Assembly (NCBI GenBank): GCA_963823335.1
Contig: CAWGLD010000001.1
Location: forward strand, 288,001 to 352,000
DNA length: 64,000 bases
Direction: 5' to 3'
Source: an uncultured delta proteobacterium
Lineage (GTDB): Bacteria > Desulfobacterota > Desulfobacteria > Desulfobacterales > B30-G6
Notes under the pieces: generated by a model
Told to the model about the DNA's origin: nothing
What the model saw: only the letters and a program-made list of their open reading frames with translations
Database searches by the model: none
Part shown: positions 20,076 to 29,769 of the stretch, piece after piece
Numbering within the stretch: the stretch's first letter is position 1
Layout of the letters: each line of letters begins with the position of its first letter
Made by a program: the position numbers and the translations under genes

Positions 20076-21276
20076 GCTGGATCAAACCAAGGAGCCGACC
20101 ATCTTCAATTCCCTGCTGGTCTGCTTTTTTGTAGGCATTCTCCTTTTCATCGCCCTCCTGTTCCGCCAGCAAGACCTCTCGTTGCTGGCAATGCTGATCC
20201 TGCTGGTCATGGGTGGATCAAAAGCCTGGAGCACCCTCAATTTTTACCACGTCACATGCCATTATCGCGTGGATAAGAAACGGGTCTTTCCCGGAGAAAC
20301 CGTCTCCATGGCAGCCACCATGGAGAACAGGAAATTTCTTCCGGTCTGGATCCGCTTACGCTGGCCAGAACATGGTGCTTTTGAAACTGACCACGACACT
20401 GAATCTTTTTCCCGGCACGGAGCAGGTCTTCTGTGGCATCAGCAGATGCGGATTCAACAGGATTTTACTGCCATACGCCGGGGAGTCTTCCATTTGGGAC
20501 CCCCTCACCTTGGTTCCAGTGATTTATTCGGTTTTTTTCACAAGGAAAAAGAGCGGGGAAAACCGGTCCAGGTTCTTGTCTACCCACGTCTTGTTCCCAT
20601 CAAGACAATTTTTCTTCCCAAGCAGGACTGGTTTGACACACCCGGCCAGAACAGTCCCATCAAAGATCCCGTCTACATCCTGGGCACACAGGATTACCAG
20701 CCCTCCAGCCCTTCCCGGCATATTCACTGGAAAGCAAGTGCGCGGCATTTTCGACTCCAGGAGAAAGTCTTTGAACCGTCTGAATTTGGTACGATCCTCC
20801 TAGCCCTGGACGTGGGATCTTTCGAAAAGATATCGGCCGGGGATAGCTTTGAACATACCCTGGAAGTCATTGCATCCCTGTCCATCAAACTGGATGAATC
20901 CGGCCATGCCGTGGGATTGATGACCAACGGCATCATGGAAGGCAGTGGTGTTTCTATGGTATCCCCGGCCCGAAGCACCCGCCAGCTTCCCGCGATACTG
21001 GAAGCCCTTGCCCGTTTACAGATGAAGCAACACAGACCCATGACGCACACCATACGACAGGCCTCATTCAGGCAGCGAGGCGTCAGCTGCGTCCTTTTTT
21101 CATACGCGTACGGGCAGGACACCGCTGAATCGAAACATATCCTGCAAGAACGGCGTATTCCCGTAATTACATTTGTCAGCCATTGCCATGTCGCAGCAGA
21201 TTCCGTCGAGCAGCAGACCATGACAGGGGTCCATCCAATAGATGACATCCGACTTCAGAGGGAAAATCTGTCATGA
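20065..21276 (+). CDS. DUF58 domain-containing protein
   Basis: VLVYPR and DYQP...IHWKASAR; directly follows MoxR. Confidence 0.85.
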   Translation: MATELDQTKEPTIFNSLLVCFFVGILLFIALLFRQQDLSLLAMLILLVMGGSKAWSTLNFYHVTCHYRVDKKRVFPGETVSMAATMENRKFLPVWIRLRWPEHGAFETDHDTESFSRHGAGLLWHQQMRIQQDFTAIRRGVFHLGPPHLGSSDLFGFFHKEKERGKPVQVLVYPRLVPIKTIFLPKQDWFDTPGQNSPIKDPVYILGTQDYQPSSPSRHIHWKASARHFRLQEKVFEPSEFGTILLALDVGSFEKISAGDSFEHTLEVIASLSIKLDESGHAVGLMTNGIMEGSGVSMVSPARSTRQLPAILEALARLQMKQHRPMTHTIRQASFRQRGVSCVLFSYAYGQDTAESKHILQERRIPVITFVSHCHVAADSVEQQTMTGVHPIDDIRLQRENLS

Positions 21277-22667
21277 CGTCCGGCAAAAAAACACTCTTGT
21301 TTCTGGCCCGTGCCGGTATGGAAATATCCTGGCGGTATGCCTGGGTCGGATTCCTGATGCTGCTCATCTGCCATCAGATTTTCCCCCTTGGCGAAGCTGC
21401 CGGCGCATTCGTCATGGCCATTATCCTGAACCGCCTGTCCGTAAATCACAACTGGCGCTTATATCAAAGCCTTCTCATGGAAGGGGCCGGTCTAGTTCTT
21501 TTTTCACTGCTGATCCTTTACCGGTTGTGGTATGAAGGCTTTGCCTTTTTCAGTTTCTCATGGTTAAGGGTCTTTTTTCAGGACCCCATGGCCCGGCCTC
21601 ACAATTACATGTCGCTGCTGATTATTTTCTGTCTGCTGCTGATATGGCGTGGTGGGCGTGCATTGGTCAAAAATGCCATGGAGTATCATCACGTGTGTAT
21701 TCAGTTCGACAAGGGTATCGGTCTGTTTATTCTCCTGCTGCTTGTCAAGTTTCTGATTCATGAAAAAGCCGGTATTCTCGTAGATGGTCTGGCCATGGGC
21801 TTCCTGGTGTGCGCCTATTTCATTTTCAGTCTGCTTTCCATCTTCCTGGTCCGTAAACAGCCTGATATTGAAAAATCCTTTATGACCGGCTACCACGGTA
21901 TCGGTATCACCTTGAGCCTGACATCACTCATTATCCTTTTCGGTTCTGGGATCACATTCTTTTTCTATCCCACATTAACCCAGGTAGCAGATTCGCTGCA
22001 GGTCCTTCTCAAAGATGCTGCCGGGCCAATGGTTCCCGTATTTGTCGCCATCATCCTGTTCTTCTTTGCACCAGGGAAACTGCGTAATGAAATCGGGGAG
22101 GTTACCGGTTCCTTATCGGATATGAGTGGTTTTTCAGCGCCCACAGTCGGCAAATGGGAAGCGTTCTTGCTAAAAGGCATCAGTTTGGGCCTGATGGTAA
22201 TTGTCGGTATAATTGCTGCGGGTCTTTTTGGCCTTTTTATACGGTATCTGCTGCACCTGCTGCTGAAGCAAGATACCCAAAACGGTCCCCCAATATCCCT
22301 GTCCTGGATTCGAGACGTGGCACGATGGTTCATTTTGCTGCCCCTTCGTGTCTGGCGGGCCTTGATATCCTTGTTGGAAAGCGCCGAAAGTGCGGCATCG
22401 GTATATACCGGATTGCTTGGCTGGGGACGCCGCAGCGGAGTGCGCCTGCTGTCCGGTGAAACCCCCGCCGAATATGGCAGCCGGCTGGTGCGGCACTTTC
22501 CCGATCTCAGTGATGAAATCGCCTGGATCATTGATGCGTTCAACAGGGAGATATACGGTCAGCTCGCCACCGATCACGATATCCTGTTCCGCCTGCGTTC
22601 GGCACAGCGACGAATGAAGCGCCTCAGACATTGGCCATCACGCATAATAACCTGTTTTTCTGTATAA
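21273..22667 (+). CDS. membrane protein with C-terminal DUF4129-like domain
   Basis: Many TM segments, then ETPAEYGSRL and REIYG. Confidence 0.75.
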   Translation: MTSGKKTLLFLARAGMEISWRYAWVGFLMLLICHQIFPLGEAAGAFVMAIILNRLSVNHNWRLYQSLLMEGAGLVLFSLLILYRLWYEGFAFFSFSWLRVFFQDPMARPHNYMSLLIIFCLLLIWRGGRALVKNAMEYHHVCIQFDKGIGLFILLLLVKFLIHEKAGILVDGLAMGFLVCAYFIFSLLSIFLVRKQPDIEKSFMTGYHGIGITLSLTSLIILFGSGITFFFYPTLTQVADSLQVLLKDAAGPMVPVFVAIILFFFAPGKLRNEIGEVTGSLSDMSGFSAPTVGKWEAFLLKGISLGLMVIVGIIAAGLFGLFIRYLLHLLLKQDTQNGPPISLSWIRDVARWFILLPLRVWRALISLLESAESAASVYTGLLGWGRRSGVRLLSGETPAEYGSRLVRHFPDLSDEIAWIIDAFNREIYGQLATDHDILFRLRSAQRRMKRLRHWPSRIITCFSV

Positions 22668-22673
22668 TTCGAT

Positions 22674-22882
22674 TAGGGGACGTCCTTTACTAATTAGACT
22701 TATAGACCTAAGATGCGCCTTTCAAATATTATAAAATATGGGATTTAGAAATGAAATATTGAAGAACCTCGCAGCATGCGAAGCACTGCCGCAAGGCAGA
22801 ACCTACGAGGAATGCGCTCGCTGTTGCGGTTCAGGGAATCGGCCAGCCAAGTGTAAGTCAAGTTAGTAAAGGACGTCCCCTA
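22674..22882. mobile_element. MITE-like element, 209 bp, with 20-bp perfect terminal inverted repeats
   Basis: TAGGGGACGTCCTTTACTAA (22674-22693) and its exact reverse complement (22863-22882); non-coding interior with a nested 75-bp repeat. Confidence 0.7.
22759..22833. repeat. structured dispersed repeat, copy 1 of 3
   Basis: TTGAAGAACCTCGCAGCATGCGAAGCACTGCCGCAAGGCAGAACCTACGAGGAATGCGCTCGCTGTTGCGGTTCA; similar copies at 29523 and 58205. Confidence 0.85.
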
Positions 22883-22947
22883 TAATGTTTACTTGACGAT
22901 TCTTGTGATCTATATTATTACTGCTTCACAAAAAAAGGAAGTTACCC

Positions 22948-23364
22948 ATGCGAAGATTCGGTTCAAGTTCTGAAGACATGCGAGACATGAATCATGATGA
23001 CACCTTTCTTGGGAGAGTAAAACTTCTCGTTGTCATGGTTAAAGCTTTTTTAGGTGATTATCCTCTCGAAGGATACCGGCAAAAAGCTATTTTGAAAAAC
23101 GCTGAAGCTGTTCACAACGTCTGTGAGGACTGGAATCGATATATCATCCAGATAAGATCCAGTGCTGAACGAAAAGAGGGGCTCGAGTTCGATCATATTT
23201 TTCATCAGAGAACCAGCTTGCTTGCTACAATGGCACAGTCGTTTGTAGCCGGGAACCCCATGGGTTATCATCGGAAAATGGTCATCCGGGCCAACATGGA
23301 ATACATATGTGACGCACTTCAGTTCAATCCGCAGGAATATAACAGCCTTTTAAAGGTCGCCTAA
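22948..23364 (+). CDS. hypothetical protein with an internal duplication of about 38 aa
   Basis: 138 aa; two F..R..LL..M...F....P....R...I..N units. Confidence 0.7.
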   Translation: MRRFGSSSEDMRDMNHDDTFLGRVKLLVVMVKAFLGDYPLEGYRQKAILKNAEAVHNVCEDWNRYIIQIRSSAERKEGLEFDHIFHQRTSLLATMAQSFVAGNPMGYHRKMVIRANMEYICDALQFNPQEYNSLLKVA

Positions 23365-23489
23365 TCTTCAAATATTATTTCCAACGTTGACAAAAGACAA
23401 CCTATCTGAAAATAAATTCTTTATCGAACAAGCTGTAACCAACATGACATCCGAATCAGAGTCAATCTGGTAATATTCACCCTGCATCT

Positions 23490-23702
23490 TTGATGCGAGA
23501 GACCCTGGACAAAAAAGGACGAATGGAAATGGTAGAAAGGATCATTATTCGAGAAAAGCTCTTAGAGTTAGAGAAACTCCGGCCAGAATTGTTGGAAGAA
23601 GCAATGAGGTTTATCGAATATCTTATTCATCGTGAAAAAGAGAAACAGGCCACGCCAGGAGTTAAAGATACTAACGAAATTGAATTTTTGCCCAATGATT
23701 AG
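23490..23702 (+). CDS. small hypothetical protein (start uncertain; possibly DUF2281-like)
   Basis: LEKLRPELLEEAMRFIEYL resembles small antitoxin-like helical proteins. Confidence 0.45.
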   Translation: MMRETLDKKGRMEMVERIIIREKLLELEKLRPELLEEAMRFIEYLIHREKEKQATPGVKDTNEIEFLPND

Positions 23703-23720
23703 GGCTATGAACTATCATAA

Positions 23721-23858
23721 TAGGGGACGTCCTTTACTAATTGGACATATGGCAAGTCACCTTTCATCTTGCCAGGATAGGAATGGTGCCAACCACACTA
23801 TCCCGGAAAATTTATGAACCAGACAAACATAAGTTTAATTAGTCAAGGACGTCCCCTA
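23721..23858. mobile_element. MITE-like element, 138 bp, same terminal inverted repeats as 22674-22882
   Basis: TAGGGGACGTCCTTTACTAA (23721-23740) and TTAGTCAAGGACGTCCCCTA (23839-23858, one mismatch). Confidence 0.7.
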
Positions 23859-23904
23859 ACGGTTACTTTTCGCTATCAACCTAAAACGTGAACAGGAGAA
23901 TTCG

Positions 23905-24696
23905 ATGAAGAAAGCCGTTGTTGTATTTTTGATATTGTCACTGATGGTCGCCGTAAACGCCTCGGCGGGCCCGAGCTTTGAGCGCATCCTGAAAAAGGGA
24001 GAGCTGGTGATTGGCACAAGCGGTAATCAGCCACCGATGACGGCTATCACCAAAAAAGGCGATATCATCGGATTGGATGCTGATATTTCTAGAGCCATGG
24101 CTTCTGCAATGGGTGTTAAAGTAAAATTTGTCGTAAAACCATTTGTCGAGCTGCTTCCAGCCCTTGAAGCGGGCCAGGTTGACATGGTCTTGTCAGGCAT
24201 GACCATAAAACCAAAACGCAATCAAAAGGTGGCATTTGTGGGACCGTATTATGTGACGGGTAAGGGATTTCTGTCCGTGGCGACCAAGTATGCTGCTCTA
24301 CAGGATGCCAAGGGGATGGACTCCCCCGATGTTACCGTTGCTGCTTTGAAGAATTCAACCAGCCAGGAATTTGTCGAATCGTTAATATCCAAGGCAAAAC
24401 CGGTTTTTGTCGATTCCTACGATGAGGCCATTGATCTTCTTTTCAAGGGTAACGTCGATGTGATTATAGCCGATTTCCCTTTTTGTGCACTGACAGCTTA
24501 TAAACACCAGGATAAGGGACTGATCGCAGGAAAGTCGCCTCTTACTTTTGAACCACTGGGCATCGCCATGGCCGAAGACACACTGTTGATAAATTGGGTG
24601 GGGAATTTTATGAATTATCTTCAAGGCACCGGAGAGTTAAAAAAAATGCATATGCATTGGCTAAATGGAGGTCCCTGGATTGATGATTTGCCTTAG
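23905..24696 (+). CDS. amino-acid ABC transporter substrate-binding protein (family 3)
   Basis: Signal peptide; ILKKGELVIG, GLDADI and SGMTIKPKR; AGGAG RBS. Confidence 0.9.
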   Translation: MKKAVVVFLILSLMVAVNASAGPSFERILKKGELVIGTSGNQPPMTAITKKGDIIGLDADISRAMASAMGVKVKFVVKPFVELLPALEAGQVDMVLSGMTIKPKRNQKVAFVGPYYVTGKGFLSVATKYAALQDAKGMDSPDVTVAALKNSTSQEFVESLISKAKPVFVDSYDEAIDLLFKGNVDVIIADFPFCALTAYKHQDKGLIAGKSPLTFEPLGIAMAEDTLLINWVGNFMNYLQGTGELKKMHMHWLNGGPWIDDLP

Positions 24697-24835
24697 GATG
24701 AATCCGCTATATTCCTGACAGGTTAGATTAAAGGTGGTTTGATATGGCAGGCAAAACATTTCTACCGTTGACTGAATATAGCACGCTTTCAGAAATGGAG
24801 AAAACCTGACAGCAAAGCACCTTCATCATCTCCCT

Positions 24836-26611
24836 ATGTCCAACAATATCATCGATAGCGTGTCTTACCCGCCAACGCCACCCAAACCGCTGGAATGGCT
24901 GATTGGAAACGTGCGCCACGCACGAGGATGGATTCTTCTTTCCGTGTCAACAGGCTTTGCCAGCGGACTCCTGTTGATCCTCCAGGCTGCGTTATTGTCC
25001 AGAATAATTCACCGTGCGTTTATCGACAATCTGTCACAGACCGCCCTGAATCCGCTTTTTCTGATATTATGCGGTCTGGTTCTCCTGCGCGCCGGACTGG
25101 CATGGACAAGAGAGGTGTCAGGATTTTATGCCGGAGCCGGTGTTCGCCAGGAGGTCCGTATGGCTCTGATACACCATATCAATACCCTGGGTCCTGTTCA
25201 GGCCGACCGCCCCCACAGCGGTGCCCTGTCTACCGCCATTGTCGAACAGGTGGAAGCACTACAGGCGTTCTACGCCCATTATTTGCCCCAACTGGCCCTG
25301 GCTGTCTCGATTCCGGCGGCCATCGCAGCCTTTGTGTTTCCCATCAGCTGGGCTGCAGGGGGACTGCTGCTGCTGACAGCGCCACTGATACCGCTGTTTA
25401 TGATTCTTATCGGAATGGGCGCCGAAAATATCAGCCAAAAAAATTTTCAGGCTTTATCCCGTATGAGTGCCCACTTTCTCGATATTCTTCAGGGGCTCCC
25501 CACCCTCAAGCTCCTGGGCCGCAGCCGGGCCGAGCAAACCTCTATTGAAAAGGTCTCCGACGAATACAGGCTGCAAACCATGAAAGTTCTCCGGGTGGCG
25601 TTTATATCCACGGCCGTGTTGGAACTGTTCAGCTCTTTATCCATCGCCCTGGTGGCCGTCTACCTGGGGACCACATATCTGGGATATACCCATTTCGGGT
25701 TATATGGACAGATTCTTACCCTGAAACAGGGTTTGTTCATCCTGCTGCTGGCACCCGATTTTTACCTGCCTCTGAGAGAACTGGGGATTCATTACCACGC
25801 CCGTGCAGAAGCCATGGGCGCAAGCCAAGAAATTTTAGACATCCTCTCCCGACGGCCGGCCACAACTTTCACCGGCACTAGATCGCTAGCGGTTTCCACA
25901 CCCCTTACCATAAACTGCCGAAATATCCATTTTGCCTATAAAACCCGTCAGGGTCCAGTGTTATCAGATATCAGTTTGGAACTGGTACCCGGAGAACACG
26001 TGGCATTGGTGGGAGAGAGCGGAGCCGGGAAAACCACGCTCCTGAACCTTTTGCTGGGATTTATACAGCCCGACCAGGGTGAAATCAACGTCAATGGGAA
26101 CCCCCTCTCGACCTTGACATTGAATAACTGGCACCAGGCGCTGGCCTGGGTCGGGCAGCATCCCATGCTGTTCCACGATACCATTGCCGGCAACATCGGT
26201 ATGGCCTTGCCGGGTTCAACACGCGCCGATGTCGAACAGGCAGCCCGTTCAGCCCAGGTACTCGATTTTGCGCGCAATCTTCCCAGAGGCCTGGATACGA
26301 AGGTAGGCGAGCAGGGCTGGGGGCTGTCACGGGGTCAGGCCCAGCGCGTGGCACTGGCGCGGGTGTTTTTGAAAGATGCACCGATTCTTTTGCTGGATGA
26401 ACCGACCGCCGGTCTGGATGTCGATACCGCCCAATCGGTGATGCAGACCATCGCATCCTTTTCAAAAGACCGGACGGTTCTGTTGATCACCCATCGGCTG
26501 GATCAACTTCAAACCGCTCGCCGGATCATCGTCATGTCCGAAGGTAGACTGGTGGATCAAGGCAGTTATGCAGCACTTATGAAACGGGAAGCCATAAGCA
26601 GTAAGCGATAA
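24836..26611 (+). CDS. cydD: thiol/heme ABC exporter subunit CydD
   Basis: YLPQL, TAPLIPLFMILIG, TMKVLRVAF and LAPDFYLPLR; Walker A GESGAGKT; LSRGQAQR. Confidence 0.95.
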   Translation: MSNNIIDSVSYPPTPPKPLEWLIGNVRHARGWILLSVSTGFASGLLLILQAALLSRIIHRAFIDNLSQTALNPLFLILCGLVLLRAGLAWTREVSGFYAGAGVRQEVRMALIHHINTLGPVQADRPHSGALSTAIVEQVEALQAFYAHYLPQLALAVSIPAAIAAFVFPISWAAGGLLLLTAPLIPLFMILIGMGAENISQKNFQALSRMSAHFLDILQGLPTLKLLGRSRAEQTSIEKVSDEYRLQTMKVLRVAFISTAVLELFSSLSIALVAVYLGTTYLGYTHFGLYGQILTLKQGLFILLLAPDFYLPLRELGIHYHARAEAMGASQEILDILSRRPATTFTGTRSLAVSTPLTINCRNIHFAYKTRQGPVLSDISLELVPGEHVALVGESGAGKTTLLNLLLGFIQPDQGEINVNGNPLSTLTLNNWHQALAWVGQHPMLFHDTIAGNIGMALPGSTRADVEQAARSAQVLDFARNLPRGLDTKVGEQGWGLSRGQAQRVALARVFLKDAPILLLDEPTAGLDVDTAQSVMQTIASFSKDRTVLLITHRLDQLQTARRIIVMSEGRLVDQGSYAALMKREAISSKR

Positions 26612-26655
26612 GCTGCTCACAGCTTACTGCTTATGGCTTCATAAACGCATTTATT

Positions 26656-28404
26656 ATGAAAAAAAGGCTAAAAAACCTGATGCCGTTCATGCGCCTCTTC
26701 CGGCCTCACTATCGCCGTATGGGGCTGGGTACTTTCTTGGGATGGCTGTCGATCATGGCCTCGGTGGGACTACTGGGCTTGTCGGGCTGGTTCATATCTG
26801 CGGCAGCATTTGCCGGGTTATCCCTGGGCGGCGCCTATCTGTTCAATTTCTTTTACCCCAGTATCGGCGTACGGCTGTTTGCCTTTACCCGTACCCTTTC
26901 CAGATATGCCGAACGCATCGTGATCCACGACGCCACCTTTCGTATGCTGGCCACGCTCAGGCTCTGGTTTTACCGCAAGATCGAGCCCCTGGCCCCCGCC
27001 CGCCTGATGCAATACCGCAGCACGGACATCCTGAACCGTATTGTGACCGACATCGATACCCTGGACAACCTTTATGTCAGGGTGCTTTCCCCCAGCATGA
27101 CAGCAGCAATAGCCATCATTGCCGTAGTACTGTTTCTGGCATTTTTCGATGTCTATATTGCAGGAGCCGCCCTCCTGTTTCTGCTGATAGCCGGAATCGT
27201 CCTCCCCCTGGCTACATCCAGATCCGGAGCAGACATGGGCCGGCGGCTGACCCTTGGTACAGCCAGAATGAGAATCCGGGCCGTCGAAGCTCTCCAGGGT
27301 CTTTCCGAGTTGATGGTTTACGGAAACTGGGACAGAAAAATCAATGCACTGGAAACAGAGAGCAGCGCATTGATCCTAATCCAGGGCCGAATGAGTCGTC
27401 TGCGGGGTCTTTCTCTGGCAGGGACCACCCTGTTGACGGGCCTGGCAACACTGACCTGTTTATACATCGGGGTTCATCAGGTGACTCGTGGAATACTGGA
27501 TGGCGCCAACCTGGCCCTGGTCGGTTTTGCCGTACTGGCATCTTTCGAAGCGCTTTTACCGCTGCCCACCGCCTACCAGTACCTCGGGCAGACAAAAAAG
27601 GCAGCTGAAAGACTGCTGGAAATCGTCAATGCGCCACCTGCTGTCATCTTCCCCGATGTTTCAAGCACCCCTGGTGAACACCACCATATTCACTTCAACA
27701 ACGTTGGTTTCCGCTATCGGGACTCCGACCCATGGGTTCTCGAGGAATTTGATCTGCGTATCGAACAGGGCCGACATGTGGCCATTATAGGCGAGACAGG
27801 CGCCGGCAAATCGACCCTTTTCAATCTTCTTGTACGATTCTGGAACCCGGTAAAGGGACGTATTCAGATCGGCGGTCAGGATCTCAAAACTTATGCCGAG
27901 TCAGATCTGCGACAGACCATCGGGGTTGTAGCCCAGCAGACCCATCTGTTTCACACCACCTTGCGTGAAAACCTTTTGATGGCCAGGCCCGCAGCTGACG
28001 AAACAGCCTTAAACGCAGCACTGAAAAAGGCACAACTGCTGGATTGGGTCAAAGCCCTTCCCCAGGGATTGGACAGCTTTATAGGGGAAGCCGGCAAGGG
28101 TCTTTCCGGCGGCCAGGCCCGTCGATTGAGCCTGGCCCGGATATTTTTACAGAATGCGCCCATCTGGGTATTGGATGAACCCACCGAAGGGCTGGACCGG
28201 GTCACGGAACAGAAATTGATGCAGACCTTGTTCCATGCGTCTCAGGCTCGCACCCTCCTGGTCATCACCCACCGAACGACAGATCTGGAACACTTCGACG
28301 ATGTCATCCTCATGGATCAGGGTCGTATTATTGCCCGGGGGAAGCATGATGCATTACTTAGGACAAATGAAAGATATGCTGCTTTGGTAAAGAAAGGGTC
28401 GTAG
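26656..28404 (+). CDS. cydC: thiol/heme ABC exporter subunit CydC
   Basis: GLLGLSGWFI, RYAERIVIHDATFR and DIDTLDNLY; GETGAGKST. Confidence 0.95.
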   Translation: MKKRLKNLMPFMRLFRPHYRRMGLGTFLGWLSIMASVGLLGLSGWFISAAAFAGLSLGGAYLFNFFYPSIGVRLFAFTRTLSRYAERIVIHDATFRMLATLRLWFYRKIEPLAPARLMQYRSTDILNRIVTDIDTLDNLYVRVLSPSMTAAIAIIAVVLFLAFFDVYIAGAALLFLLIAGIVLPLATSRSGADMGRRLTLGTARMRIRAVEALQGLSELMVYGNWDRKINALETESSALILIQGRMSRLRGLSLAGTTLLTGLATLTCLYIGVHQVTRGILDGANLALVGFAVLASFEALLPLPTAYQYLGQTKKAAERLLEIVNAPPAVIFPDVSSTPGEHHHIHFNNVGFRYRDSDPWVLEEFDLRIEQGRHVAIIGETGAGKSTLFNLLVRFWNPVKGRIQIGGQDLKTYAESDLRQTIGVVAQQTHLFHTTLRENLLMARPAADETALNAALKKAQLLDWVKALPQGLDSFIGEAGKGLSGGQARRLSLARIFLQNAPIWVLDEPTEGLDRVTEQKLMQTLFHASQARTLLVITHRTTDLEHFDDVILMDQGRIIARGKHDALLRTNERYAALVKKGS

Positions 28405-28421
28405 AAACTAAGGGCTGGCTG

Positions 28422-29174
28422 ATGCAAGATATTCTTTTTCTCCTTTTGCTGATCGTTGTTGGAATAGTTTCCGGTTTCCTGAACGTTATGGCCGGCGGTG
28501 GATCGGCCATCTCCTTGCCTCTTTTGATTTTCCTCGGCCTGGACAGCCCCCTGGCTAACGGCACCAACCGTCTGGCCATTTTTATTCAGACCATTGCCAG
28601 CATCCTATCCTTCAAACAAGAAAAGCTTTTTGAATTTAAAACCAGCCTGAAGATAGCCGCGTTCGCGCTTCCCGGTGCCATCGCAGGCGCTATTCTCGCG
28701 GTAAAAATTGACAGTGTTCTTTTCCAGCGGGTCTTGGCGTTCTTTATTCTGGGTATTTTATTGACCGTCATTATCCCAAGATCAAAAAAAACTACCACCA
28801 CTCAAACTATCAAGCCGGCTCATGGTTGGTTGATTTACCCAACCATGATGGTTATCGGATTCATCGGAGGGTTTCACCAGGTCGGTATCGGTTTTTTAAT
28901 GATCGGTGCTTTGAGTTATATACTGAAAATGGATCTGGTGCGCATCAACATGCACAAGGCGTCCGTTTTTTTCATCTACACGATCCCTGCTCTGATGGTA
29001 TTTATTTGGACCGATAATATCAACTGGAAATACGGCATCGCACTTGCCGTTGGAAATGCCATTGGCGGTTGGTGGTCCGCCAAGGTTGCTGTCCGAAAGG
29101 GAGAAAAGACAATTCGGATCTTCCTCGCAGTTGCCATGTTGATCATGGCCGCCAAGTTACTGAACAGTTTTTAG
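28422..29174 (+). CDS. TauE/SafE (TSUP) family membrane transporter
   Basis: GFLNVMAGGG, ANGTNR and about 8 TM segments. Confidence 0.85.
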   Translation: MQDILFLLLLIVVGIVSGFLNVMAGGGSAISLPLLIFLGLDSPLANGTNRLAIFIQTIASILSFKQEKLFEFKTSLKIAAFALPGAIAGAILAVKIDSVLFQRVLAFFILGILLTVIIPRSKKTTTTQTIKPAHGWLIYPTMMVIGFIGGFHQVGIGFLMIGALSYILKMDLVRINMHKASVFFIYTIPALMVFIWTDNINWKYGIALAVGNAIGGWWSAKVAVRKGEKTIRIFLAVAMLIMAAKLLNSF

Positions 29175-29204
29175 AAGGATAATATACGTTGTCAAAGTAG
29201 AGTG

Positions 29205-29237
29205 AAAAAATAGAAAGGGCAGCCATAAAAGCTGCCC
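29205..29237 (-). terminator. intrinsic terminator
   Basis: GGGCAGC-TTTTATG-GCTGCCC followed by TTTCTATTTTTT on the minus strand. Confidence 0.8.
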
Positions 29238-29301
29238 AGTTAGGAGGAGTTCAAAAGATGAGAGGTGGTTACCTTTTGAACATGTTTCTGGTACTATTGA
29301 C
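29205..29301 (-). ncRNA. candidate sigma-54-dependent small RNA with anti-Shine-Dalgarno tract (5' end inferred)
   Basis: Lies downstream of a -24/-12 motif; 9-bp stem GTTCAAAAG/CTTTTGAAC with a C-rich loop, then CTCCTCCT, then a terminator. Confidence 0.55.
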
Positions 29302-29311
29302 TACTTCTAAT

Positions 29312-29328
29312 AGCAATAATCATGCCGA
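29312..29328 (-). promoter_or_regulatory. sigma-54 -24/-12 promoter
   Basis: TCGGCATGATTATTGCT; GG-N10-GC spacing with TTGC. Confidence 0.65.
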
Positions 29329-29522
29329 TTGTCGCTGATTCCGCAAACTCTTAAAAAACGGGGTCTCAGAGGATATTTGGGTATAGCCAATAGTATAAAT
29401 ATAACCAATATTACCTATAAAGCGTGTAACATATACCACGATAAAGGCTACCTAGGTTGACAGAACTGCCGTTTTGAGCACTCTTATAAAATCTATTTCT
29501 GTCTAATTTAGTTTCGCTCGCT

Positions 29523-29591
29523 AACCCCGCAGCATGCGAAGCGCTGCCGAACAGCAGAACCTGCGGGGAATGCGCTCGCTGTTGCGGTTCA
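29523..29591. repeat. structured dispersed repeat, copy 2 of 3
   Basis: AACCCCGCAGCATGCGAAGCGCTGCCGAACAGCAGAACCTGCGGGGAATGCGCTCGCTGTTGCGGTTCA. Confidence 0.85.
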
Positions 29592-29769
29592 GGTGGGCTC
29601 GGCGCTATAGCGACGTCCTGGCTTGGCGATGGAAACAACGAAGCCATCTCGTCTGACCAAATTTCCAACATGCTTGGCGCCGATAAGATTTCTGAGTTTG
29701 CATCCAAGCTTGGACTTAGCGACTTTTGATCTACCCCTCCAACTCTTGGATTCTCGGACCCTGCTTTTT

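Noticed and set aside
29258-29338. 26-aa plus-strand ORF after AGGAGGAG
   Set aside because: The peptide is unrecognisable, and the promoter and terminator U-tract both point to the minus strand; kept only as an alternative.
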